Positions 26,840 through 34,513 are shown, numbered from the stretch's first letter. The stretch is DNA of 51,013 nt from Minisyncoccota bacterium (GCA_036517155.1 DATDXY010000014.1:1-51013), one strand, 5' to 3'. The notes: generated from the letters alone by a model not told the origin. Numbers and translations are program-made.

Positions 26840-28048
26840 ATGAAGTTCAAATACAGCGCTCGAACCCAATCCGGAGAATTACAAACTGGTTTTGTGGAAG
26901 GAGTGAATCGAGAAACTGCTTTCAATACTTTAACCGGCCACGACTTGTATATTTTAAGTTTGGAAAGCACGGAAATTGTTCACTGGTATGACCGGCTATT
27001 AAGTATTTTTAAAAGAGTAAAGCAGGGAGACCTAATGGTTTTTACTAGGCAGTTTGCGATTTTACTGGATGCGAAAATTTCTCTCGGCGATGCGTTGCGC
27101 AGTTTATATCGACAAACCCACAACGCTACATTAAAAGAAGCGATTTTTGAAATTTCTTCAGATATTGATTCCGGTTTGTCGCTTTCCCAATCCTTAGAAC
27201 GGCACAATCAAATTTTTTCCAGTTTTTATATTAGTATGATGCGTTCGGCGGAAGTCACCGGCCGAATGGAAGAAGTCGCTTCTTTTTTAGCGGATTTTTT
27301 AGAAAAAGAAAATACGTTGTTATCCAAAGTGCGCAGCGCCATGATCTATCCGGCAGTGGTGATCGGACTTTTTATGGTGGTGGTGGGCATTATGATTGGC
27401 TTTGTATTTCCGCAATTACAACCCGTCTTTGCTGAAGCCAATGTGAAACTGCCTCCAGTAACCGCAATCTTATTAGCTACCGGAACCTTTGTGTCCGAGT
27501 GGTGGTTCGTGCTTCTCATCGTGGCTATTATTATGGCGGTGATGATTTTAGATTATATTCGCACGCCAGAGGGGAAAATCGTATTTGATGAATTGGTTGT
27601 CAAAGTGCCGGTGATTGGGGATTTATTTAAAAAAATGTATGTAACGCGGTTTGCCGAATCTACCAGCGTACTGATTAAAGGCGGTATTCCAGTGGCGCAA
27701 GCGTTGGAAATTTCTGGGCATACAGTAGGCAGCGTTTCCTATCGCGATGCGATTCACGAAGTGGCCGAATCGGTGCGGCAGGGACAACTACTTTCTCAGG
27801 CATTAGAGGAACGGCCTTATTTTTTCCCGCCATTAGTAAGTCAAATGGTGGCGGTAGGTGAAACTACTGGTAAATTAGATGAATTATTAACTCGAGTATC
27901 GATGTTTTATAACCGAGAGGTAGACGGCATCATCAGTAATTTAGTGGAACTAATCCAACCACTATTAATGGTGGGCATTGGGGTAATGGTGGGTTTATTG
28001 TTCGCCGCGGTACTTCTCCCCATTTATAACTTGGTTCAGGTATTTTAA
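26840..28048 (+). CDS. pilC: Type IV pilus platform protein PilC/GspF
   Basis: 402 aa with a duplicated GspF-type domain, 3 TM segments and C-terminal LLPIYNL. Confidence 0.9.
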   Translation: MKFKYSARTQSGELQTGFVEGVNRETAFNTLTGHDLYILSLESTEIVHWYDRLLSIFKRVKQGDLMVFTRQFAILLDAKISLGDALRSLYRQTHNATLKEAIFEISSDIDSGLSLSQSLERHNQIFSSFYISMMRSAEVTGRMEEVASFLADFLEKENTLLSKVRSAMIYPAVVIGLFMVVVGIMIGFVFPQLQPVFAEANVKLPPVTAILLATGTFVSEWWFVLLIVAIIMAVMILDYIRTPEGKIVFDELVVKVPVIGDLFKKMYVTRFAESTSVLIKGGIPVAQALEISGHTVGSVSYRDAIHEVAESVRQGQLLSQALEERPYFFPPLVSQMVAVGETTGKLDELLTRVSMFYNREVDGIISNLVELIQPLLMVGIGVMVGLLFAAVLLPIYNLVQVF

Positions 28049-28050
28049 TG

Positions 28051-28059
28051 TGATATTAT
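28051..28059 (+). promoter_or_regulatory. Extended -10-like element (TGaTATTAT) 10 nt upstream of the pilin ATG
   Basis: TGATATTAT lies in the pilC-pilin gap with no SD. It may give the major pilin its own near-leaderless transcript. Confidence 0.35.
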
Positions 28060-28069
28060 AGAAAGTATT

Positions 28070-28513
28070 ATGAAGCACACTTCTACTAAAGGTTTTACTT
28101 TGATTGAAATTTTAATCGTAGTTTCTATTATTGGACTTCTTGCTTCGGTCATTTTGGTCGGGTTGGGCGGTTTTCGATCTCGGGGACGAGATACTCGCCG
28201 AGTGGCTGACTTAAAAGCAATTCAAAATGGATTGGAGTTATATTATTCCCGAAATAACCAATATCCATCAAACTTGAGCGATCTGCTTAGTGGTGGCATC
28301 GGCGTCAATAAATTGCCAAAAGACCCAAGTTCTAATTCAGATTACTACTATAGTTATACGGCTAGCCGGCAAAGTTATATTGTAGCGGCGCAATTAGAAG
28401 CGGATGCCAGCGATGTCATGTATAACGATAGCGCGGAAATCAGCACCAGCGGATATACCGGTTCAGTGCCAAGCTGCGCTCGCGCGCAAAAATACTATTG
28501 CGTTTCTTTTTAA
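28070..28513 (+). CDS. pilA: Type IV major pilin (prepilin with class III signal peptide)
   Basis: MKHTSTKG|FTLIEILIVVSIIGLLASVIL has the G-1/F+1/E+5 prepilin motif. 147 aa with a C-terminal Cys pair. Confidence 0.87.
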   Translation: MKHTSTKGFTLIEILIVVSIIGLLASVILVGLGGFRSRGRDTRRVADLKAIQNGLELYYSRNNQYPSNLSDLLSGGIGVNKLPKDPSSNSDYYYSYTASRQSYIVAAQLEADASDVMYNDSAEISTSGYTGSVPSCARAQKYYCVSF

Positions 28514-28516
28514 TCC

Positions 28517-29383
28517 ATGATTAATTGGCTGCCGTTTCTTTTGTTTGTATCGGGTTTAGCGGTGGGCAGCTTTTTAAATGTTCTCACGCTTCGTTATGAT
28601 CCGGATGGCGCGGGGTTTGGCAAGGCATTCCACGGCCGTTCCCATTGCCCAAACTGTAAAAAAACACTTCGTTGGTATGAATTAATCCCGGTTTTGAGTT
28701 TTTTATTTCAACTCGGCCGTTGTCGCAGTTGCAAAACAAGTCTTTCTTGGCAATATCCATTAGTAGAATTAGCGAGCGGTTTTGTATTTTTAATCCCGTT
28801 GTATCTTTATAGTCCGATTAAGCCAACAATGTATTTTAGCATTGAAAGCGTAGTGTGGGTGTTGGCCTTTTTGTTGTTTATTGTCGTTTGGCTGATTGAT
28901 TTTCGACTGTATATTATTCCGGACGAGGTCAATATAGCTTTAGCTGGCTTAGGATTAGTTTTGATTGGCGCGCAGGGATATTACGGTCAATTCGGACAGT
29001 TTGACGGATCTTTCATTGGCGGAATTGCCAATATATTCGGATTGCGAGAGAGCGTATGGGTGAATCATATCGTTGCGGCGATTGCCGCGGTGATATTTTT
29101 GGGCTTGATTATTTTTATCAGCAAAGGACGGGCAATGGGAATGGGGGATTTGAAATTGCTTGGGGCGTTGGGGCTTTTGTTCGGTTGGCCGGACGTTTTA
29201 TTTATTGCCGCCTTTGCCTTTATTCTTGGGTCAATCATGAGCATCTATCTAATTTTTTTGCGGAAATTAAAAATGAAGGATGCTGTCCCTTTCGGACCAT
29301 TTTTAGTTCTGGCAGCGATGATTATATTTGTCTGGGGCAAGCCGATTTTGGAGAGTTATTTTCGGTTTTTTAACTTAGTATAG
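28517..29383 (+). CDS. pilD: Prepilin peptidase PilD (A24 family, with N-terminal zinc-finger methyltransferase-type region)
   Basis: CPNC...CRSC; catalytic Asp contexts IIPDEV and GMGDLKLLGALG; polytopic. Confidence 0.9.
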   Translation: MINWLPFLLFVSGLAVGSFLNVLTLRYDPDGAGFGKAFHGRSHCPNCKKTLRWYELIPVLSFLFQLGRCRSCKTSLSWQYPLVELASGFVFLIPLYLYSPIKPTMYFSIESVVWVLAFLLFIVVWLIDFRLYIIPDEVNIALAGLGLVLIGAQGYYGQFGQFDGSFIGGIANIFGLRESVWVNHIVAAIAAVIFLGLIIFISKGRAMGMGDLKLLGALGLLFGWPDVLFIAAFAFILGSIMSIYLIFLRKLKMKDAVPFGPFLVLAAMIIFVWGKPILESYFRFFNLV

Positions 29384-29395
29384 TAAAATAAAAGA

Positions 29396-29902
29396 GTGAA
29401 ACAGGCTGGGTTTACATTAGTTGAGGTGCTGGTAACGTTAAGCATTACGTTGATTTTAACCACGGTCATGATCACCTATAGCCGTTCCGGAGAGCAGCAA
29501 ATTTTGTTATTTAAAGAACAAGCGAAAATCATCAATGTGATTTCCCGCGCCAAGTCGCTGGCTTTACAGACATTTCAAAGCGGCGCTAATTTTTGCGGAT
29601 ACGGAGTGCATTTTAATGCTGATGGAACCTTTATATTATTTCGAGACGTAGCCAATGACTGCGCCGCATCCGATAATGTCTATTCTGGACCGGCAGAACA
29701 AGTGGAGTCATATAAACTTGATGCGCGGGTAAGATTTTCCCAAGTAGGATTTTTTGATATTATTTTTATTCCTCCGGATCCGCAAGTGCGTTTGAATCCA
29801 GACCAATTTGAAGCGGATATCCAAGTGCAAGCGGTTGGCGGTACAGTCGCGGTGGGCGTTCACGTGACCAATGCCGGCCAAGTAACCAGTGCAGTGCAAT
29901 AA
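29396..29902 (+). CDS. Minor pilin/pseudopilin (GspH/FimT-like), GTG start
   Basis: MKQAG|FTLVEVLVTLSITLIL prepilin motif with E+5. Confidence 0.75.
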   Translation: MKQAGFTLVEVLVTLSITLILTTVMITYSRSGEQQILLFKEQAKIINVISRAKSLALQTFQSGANFCGYGVHFNADGTFILFRDVANDCAASDNVYSGPAEQVESYKLDARVRFSQVGFFDIIFIPPDPQVRLNPDQFEADIQVQAVGGTVAVGVHVTNAGQVTSAVQ

Positions 29903-29905
29903 TTT

Positions 29906-30394
29906 ATGAAATTGTATCTAAAGGGACAGGTAATGGTAGAAGCGCTTGTCGCTATGACGATTATTGTAGTGGGTTTGCTGGGCATTTTTACGTTGCTTTC
30001 TCGTTCTCTAAATTTGAATCGAGTGGTAGCTAATCAATATATTGGGGCGAATCTTGCTGCGGAGGGAATGGAACTCTTCAAAAATCTTATTGATCGGAAT
30101 GTGATGCAGGGACTGCCATTTAATAGCGGCGCGTGTTTAACTATTGGCGATCATAGTTTAGATTATAACGATACGCATGCGTCGGGATGCGGCTATAAAG
30201 ATTCCTTTTTATTATTTGATCAAAACGGTCATTACGGTTATGACCAAGGTGAACCCACTACGTTTCGACGAACGATTACTATCAGCCAGCCCGATCCGGA
30301 TGAGATTCGAGTTACTTCTCGGGTAACGTGGGTGAATCGCGGTGATGAGCAATTTGAAATTTCATTAGAAGATCATTTCTTTAATTGGCGATAA
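29906..30394 (+). CDS. Minor pilin (PilV-like) with an atypical +1 residue
   Basis: MKLYLKG|QVMVEALVAMTIIVVGLLGIF has a Gly cleavage site, Gln at +1 and Glu at +5. Confidence 0.65.
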   Translation: MKLYLKGQVMVEALVAMTIIVVGLLGIFTLLSRSLNLNRVVANQYIGANLAAEGMELFKNLIDRNVMQGLPFNSGACLTIGDHSLDYNDTHASGCGYKDSFLLFDQNGHYGYDQGEPTTFRRTITISQPDPDEIRVTSRVTWVNRGDEQFEISLEDHFFNWR

Positions 30395-30396
30395 AT

Positions 30397-30900
30397 ATGA
30401 AAAGTTATTCAAAAGGATTTACGGTTGTGGAATTGCTGGTAGCAATGGCGGTATTCGCGTCGTTGCTGACGATTTCTTCCGGAGTGTTTATCCGATCCTT
30501 GCGAACACAACGGGTTATTGTCGCGTTAATTGCCGCCAACAGCAATGCGGGCTTGGCTATGGAACAGATAATGCGGGAAATTCGGACCGGCAGCGGTTTT
30601 GCCACTAACCAAAGTTCACTGACGTTTACGAATGCCAAGGGCCAGACGGTAACTTATCGTTGGAATAATGCGCCAACCGTGCTTGCGATTGAGCGCAGCA
30701 CTGATGGAATTAATTTTCAAAAAATTACCGCTAATAATGTGAAAGTTTATAATCTGCGGTTTGAGTTGTTTAACGGTTCGCCGGCGGATCCGTATCCAAT
30801 GCGGGTGACGCTGGTATTGCAAATCGGAGCCACTAATATTATTTCCGACAACCCGGTGGTCAATATTCAAACCACCGTAAGCGCGCGAACGCTAGAATAA
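30397..30900 (+). CDS. Minor pilin (PilW-like)
   Basis: Trimmed to ATG 30397. MKSYSKG|FTVVELLVAMAVFASLL prepilin motif. Confidence 0.75.
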   Translation: MKSYSKGFTVVELLVAMAVFASLLTISSGVFIRSLRTQRVIVALIAANSNAGLAMEQIMREIRTGSGFATNQSSLTFTNAKGQTVTYRWNNAPTVLAIERSTDGINFQKITANNVKVYNLRFELFNGSPADPYPMRVTLVLQIGATNIISDNPVVNIQTTVSARTLE

Positions 30901-30926
30901 ATAAAATGCCAGAACTCACTTCAACA

Positions 30927-31164
30927 TTACCTCTTCCTCGCGTTGCTGGTCATATATATTCAGATACAAGGCGCGACGAGGAGGTGAAGCTAATGCTTCA
31001 TCGACGAGGAGCAACGCAGAAGATGAATATAGAGACCGCAACCCGAAGGGATATTGCCAGAGTCGGCTTATCGCAGCGTCGTTCCTCCTCGGAGTATATT
31101 CATACACCTTCGTCGTCTCTCCTTGCGCTAAACCGATCTGGCAAATATCGCGAGAGAAGAGTAA
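30927..31164. other. GC-enriched, heavily base-paired element: candidate structured RNA, or alternatively a 60/89-aa Arg-rich ORF
   Basis: The outer helix 30927-30942/31149-31164 has 15 bp. Nested helices are 30974-30981/31108-31115 and 31005-31016/31080-31091. Hairpins lie at 30985-31000 and 31038-31057. Long ORFs are open on both strands (30906..31175 + and 30916..31218 -). Confidence 0.35.
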
Positions 31165-31171
31165 TATTGAA

Positions 31172-32518
31172 ATGAGTTTTAGTATGCAGTGGCCACTTGT
31201 TTCCGCGCTGTTGGGCATCTTTGCGTTTAATAGCCGATTGCCTTGGCTGGCCTTGGTAGCCTTAGCGCCGCTTTTTTTCTTTTTTATTGTTGAGGAAAAA
31301 ATCGGGAGGTTAATCGGAGGCGTGATTATTTTCCGACTAGTATTTTTATTGGGGACAGTTTATTTTATCGGCGACCCGCTTTTGTATTTGATTTCCACCG
31401 GATTATTTCTCGGTTTGCCGGTGACTATCTGGTTTCTAAAAAAATATACATCCAAAATTTTTATGCTGATTTCTTTGCCGTTGTGGTGGGTGATTTGGGA
31501 TTTAGCGCAGGCTCGCTGGACACCGTTGCCGACGGCAATTGTGATGTGGGGGAATGCGCTGGCGGAAACCAGTTTAGTCGGCCTAAGCCGTTTTGGTGGA
31601 ATTGTCGGACTGACTTTTTTTGCAATCACGATTAATGTTGGTTGGGTATGGCTTGGGCTAATGTGGCGCAACCAATTTCGGCGGTCCGTTATTATCACAA
31701 TGGCGAGTATGTTGATTGGTGGTTGGATTTTTTCTAGCAGTGTATTGTTGGCGAATAATAACCAATATCGCCAGCGAAAAAACCAGGCAACTTTAACTTT
31801 AGTTGCAACACCGGTAGTTTATACAGATCCAACCCAGATTCCTTTTATCATTTCCGAACTGCCGGCTGCTGATTTAACTGTTTTGCCGGAAAACTTGTAT
31901 GAAAGCGATCTAGAGAATTATTCAGAAGTATTTCGGTGGCACAAACAACAAGCAATAGAAAACCAGCGATCGATTCTTGGGGCATTTTTACGGAAAGAAA
32001 ATGAACGCGTGTATATGAGCGCTGCTTTATTCCAGCCGAACGGTTCCAGTGAAATATATAATAAAAAATATCTGACTATTACCAGTGAAACCTGGCCATT
32101 TGATTCTTGGCAGCCATTTTATTTTCAATACGGTCATAATTTGGATCAGCGTCGTGCAATTTTTGATCGCCGGTATGAGCATGCGGCGGGGGAACCAAAA
32201 TTACTGGAGCAGGGAAATCTAAAAATCGCCACTCCGATTTGCAGCGAATTACATTATCCCTACTATATAAAAATCTTAGATTCATTGGGTCCGAATATCG
32301 TTCTTCATAATTCCAATAATACTTGGATTACTTATCATCGGGATCAATATCTGCAATTAACTAATAAGCTTCGGCGAATTACTGCGGTGTGGCTGCAAAA
32401 GCCGGTGGCGGTAACGGGAATTTCCGATTACGCGGGAGTATTTTATCCAGATGGCAGCCGGCAATTAGTTTATCCACATAACGGTTACGTGACTTTCCAG
32501 ACAAATATCAGCTTTTAG
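31172..32518 (+). CDS. lnt: Apolipoprotein N-acyltransferase-like protein (polytopic N-terminus + CN-hydrolase domain)
   Basis: The N-terminal half is multi-TM. Lnt-like E-K-C triad contexts are DLTVLPENLY, YNKKYLT and ATPICSELHYP, followed by HNSNNTWI and VAVTGISDYAGVFYPDGS. Confidence 0.7.
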   Translation: MSFSMQWPLVSALLGIFAFNSRLPWLALVALAPLFFFFIVEEKIGRLIGGVIIFRLVFLLGTVYFIGDPLLYLISTGLFLGLPVTIWFLKKYTSKIFMLISLPLWWVIWDLAQARWTPLPTAIVMWGNALAETSLVGLSRFGGIVGLTFFAITINVGWVWLGLMWRNQFRRSVIITMASMLIGGWIFSSSVLLANNNQYRQRKNQATLTLVATPVVYTDPTQIPFIISELPAADLTVLPENLYESDLENYSEVFRWHKQQAIENQRSILGAFLRKENERVYMSAALFQPNGSSEIYNKKYLTITSETWPFDSWQPFYFQYGHNLDQRRAIFDRRYEHAAGEPKLLEQGNLKIATPICSELHYPYYIKILDSLGPNIVLHNSNNTWITYHRDQYLQLTNKLRRITAVWLQKPVAVTGISDYAGVFYPDGSRQLVYPHNGYVTFQTNISF

Positions 32519-32533
32519 TTGTATAATAAAGTT

Positions 32534-33610
32534 ATGTATAAAAAGCTTCTCAGTGGCATTTTAACCCTAGTGATATTAATAACTGCTCAGCCGGTGTTTG
32601 CTGGTGGCGCGGTGGATGTAGTGGCGCAAGTTTTTAATCCAATCGCGGAAGTGATGAATGTGGTGATTGACGTCGTGAATGCGACTGTCAATGTTGTGGT
32701 AGCGGCGGCGGAAATAGTCATTGTGGGAGTAACTTCTCCGCTGACAGTTTCCATGTGTATGGCAGGAGTGGATTTTGGGTGTGATGTCGTGAATACGCTG
32801 AACGAAGACATTAATTGCCGTTTTGATAATTTGTCGGAGTCTTTTCCGATTACTCCCGCCTGCGATAATTATAAATTTAATGATGGCAAGCAAATTGGAA
32901 TTCGCATCGGCGGACCACAGGATAATAATGGCGGTGGTGGCGGCGGAGGAGGTAACGGGGGAGGAAATTCGGTGGAGCCGCCCGTGACTGTTACTGACCC
33001 CAATGACCCACTTTCCCGGATTGTCGTGATTCCAACGGAAAACTGGACCGTCAGTGGCAGCAGCGGAGGCGGGGGTGGTGGAGGTAATATGTGCACATCG
33101 GTCACTTTGAGCAATATTGATTTTGATGGTTATGCTTATCGTGTTCTGCGCGCGGAACCGAATCAGGATTACCAAGAAATTGGCAGTTATCCGGGCAGTC
33201 AAGATTCTTTTACCGATACCAAGTTGAAACCGAGAACTGAATATCAATATAAATTCCGGGTTTCTTTGCCTTCTGGAGCGACGGATACTGGCGCGATACC
33301 CGTGTATACCAAATGCATTCCCCAGTGTGGTTTCGGAGTAAAAGAGAGAAGCATTCCAAAGTACGGAAATGGAACATTAGTTTGGCAATGCGCTAACAAT
33401 GATTCGGCGCAAGATAAGGGCCGCTGCGAACTGCAAAATTTGCGGACTGGAGACTCGCAATTAATTGATTCTAAAAGCGGTTTTTTCACGGTAACGAATT
33501 TAGAAACCACGACCGATTATGGTTTGGTATGTTCCAATATAGATGGAACCGTAACGCTTCAGCAAACGTTGAGAGTGTTTGAACCAGGGCGAACTGAAGT
33601 AAAGCCATAG
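32534..33610 (+). CDS. Secreted protein with two poly-Gly linkers, an FN3-like module and a Cys-containing C-terminal domain ending ...EVKP
   Basis: The start is set at ATG 32534 (MYKKLLSGILTLVILITAQPVFA signal peptide); the track start 32519 is a TTG. Linkers are GGGGGGGGNGGGN and GGGGGGG. The C-terminal domain is paralogous to that of 37882..38757. Confidence 0.65.
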   Translation: MYKKLLSGILTLVILITAQPVFAGGAVDVVAQVFNPIAEVMNVVIDVVNATVNVVVAAAEIVIVGVTSPLTVSMCMAGVDFGCDVVNTLNEDINCRFDNLSESFPITPACDNYKFNDGKQIGIRIGGPQDNNGGGGGGGGNGGGNSVEPPVTVTDPNDPLSRIVVIPTENWTVSGSSGGGGGGGNMCTSVTLSNIDFDGYAYRVLRAEPNQDYQEIGSYPGSQDSFTDTKLKPRTEYQYKFRVSLPSGATDTGAIPVYTKCIPQCGFGVKERSIPKYGNGTLVWQCANNDSAQDKGRCELQNLRTGDSQLIDSKSGFFTVTNLETTTDYGLVCSNIDGTVTLQQTLRVFEPGRTEVKP

Positions 33611-33620
33611 GCGAGCGCTC

Positions 33621-33649
33621 TTGCCAAAAATTAAATAATGTTGTATACT
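33621..33649 (+). promoter_or_regulatory. Sigma70-type promoter for the first beta-barrel-like gene
   Basis: TTGCCA (33621-33626), 17 nt spacer, TATACT (33644-33649). SD GGAGGT follows before ATG 33697. Confidence 0.55.
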
Positions 33650-33696
33650 ATACTCAAGATACAGTGATCTTTTATTTTTAGAGCGGAGGTGCAGAC

Positions 33697-34251
33697 ATGA
33701 AAAATATATGGTTAGTTGTCGCGTTCGTGGTATCTATCGCGAATGTTGTTGCGGCGGCTGACTATTCAGTCAGCGCCGGCGGTTTGAATTGGGGAAACAT
33801 TTCTGGTGTACATGGAGAATTCCGAGTGCGACCGAAGAAAAAGGTCGTGTGGGCAATTTCCGTGGATCACATGGTGTTCTCTGCCAAGCTGAAAGAAGAG
33901 TCTCTTCAAATTGTTAATCACGATGTTTCACTTACGGTGGGGCGTTGGGGTTTATGGAACAAGCAAAAGACGTTTGGGGGGCATATCTTTATTGGCGGCG
34001 GAGCAACATTTACGGAAGCTAGTCCAATAAAATATCGGTTGGTTTCCAAAACCACTCCTCATTTCAAACTGGGAATGGGATTTGACTGGTACTTGTGGCG
34101 ATCAGAATCAAAATCACTCGCGCTGACTATGGGCGTAGTTGGTATAGGCCCCGGTCCTCGTGTTGTGCTTTTGAGCGATTCTGTCGCAAAGGAACAAAAA
34201 TCCTACGGCGCCGCCAGCGCCCTGGAATTCGGACTGGCGTATTGGTTCTAA
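33697..34251 (+). CDS. Small outer-membrane-protein-like beta-barrel protein (OmpW/OmpX-size, 184 aa)
   Basis: Signal peptide MKNIWLVVAFVVSIANVVAA. About 8 amphipathic beta-strand-like segments. The C-terminal beta-signal-like motif is SALEFGLAYWF, ending in Phe. Confidence 0.6.
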   Translation: MKNIWLVVAFVVSIANVVAAADYSVSAGGLNWGNISGVHGEFRVRPKKKVVWAISVDHMVFSAKLKEESLQIVNHDVSLTVGRWGLWNKQKTFGGHIFIGGGATFTEASPIKYRLVSKTTPHFKLGMGFDWYLWRSESKSLALTMGVVGIGPGPRVVLLSDSVAKEQKSYGAASALEFGLAYWF

Positions 34252-34253
34252 AG

Positions 34254-34293
34254 AAGCCCCTAGGTATTACATATCTAGGGGCTTTGACTTTTT
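34254..34293 (+). terminator. Hairpin terminator after the beta-barrel-like gene (3' arm overlaps the next -35)
   Basis: AAGCCCCTAG-(11 nt)-CTAGGGGCTT followed by TGACTTTTT. Confidence 0.55.
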
Positions 34294-34312
34294 AGAATAT
34301 GTATTTTATAAT
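34284..34312 (+). promoter_or_regulatory. Near-consensus sigma70 promoter for the 27-aa micro-ORF
   Basis: TTGACT (34284-34289), exactly 17 nt spacer, TATAAT (34307-34312). Confidence 0.65.
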
Positions 34313-34358
34313 ATAAAAAAGTTGCACATCAAAATAATAAAAAGAGGAGGTGATTTGC

Positions 34359-34442
34359 ATGAGTTTTTGCAAAGGTCCTGGTGAGGATACTGCTGATACC
34401 GCTAACAGCAATGGCGGCAACGACAATGGTGTCCATCACTAA
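34359..34442 (+). CDS. 27-aa micro-ORF (MSFCKGPGEDTADTANSNGGNDNGVHH), not in the ORF track
   Basis: AGGAGG SD (34345-34350) lies 8 nt before the ATG. It has its own promoter upstream and a strong terminator 10 nt after the stop. The antisense 67-aa track ORF 34329..34532 has no such signals. Confidence 0.45.
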   Translation: MSFCKGPGEDTADTANSNGGNDNGVHH

Positions 34443-34451
34443 GTGGGCTGT

Positions 34452-34494
34452 AAGGGGCAATGATATCTGAATTACATCATTGCCCCTTCTTTTT
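34452..34494 (+). terminator. Strong intrinsic terminator/attenuator between the micro-ORF and the M16 peptidase gene
   Basis: AAGGGGCAATGAT-(11 nt)-ATCATTGCCCCTT, a 13-bp stem followed by CTTTTT. It ends 20 nt before the M16 ATG. Confidence 0.75.
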
Positions 34495-34513
34495 AATCTT
34501 AGTATCAATTTAA

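Noticed and set aside
31056-31075. CCAGAGTCGGCTTATCG resembles the RNase P RNA CR-IV/P4 3' strand (ACAGAAnCCGGCUUAUCG).
   Set aside because: The partner CR-I element (GAGGAAAGUCC) and the specificity-domain motifs are absent on either strand, and the element is only about 240 nt. The resemblance is judged coincidental.
32929-33086. G-rich DNA tracts (32929-32966 and 33064-33086) read as G-quadruplex or slippage-prone contingency repeats.
   Set aside because: They are imperfect GGN codon runs encoding poly-Gly linkers in frame. There is no homopolymeric or perfectly periodic tract that would drive phase variation.
32576-33247. A 223-aa minus-strand ORF, and other long antisense ORFs: 12634..13128, 14578..15087, 14918..15430, 24605..25039, 40050..40496, 41423..41821, 43832..44212 and 44352..44696.
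   Set aside because: All lie entirely inside well-supported genes on the opposite strand or another frame. Their translations are low-complexity or Arg/Ser/Cys-rich, and none has a start context. They are shadow ORFs.
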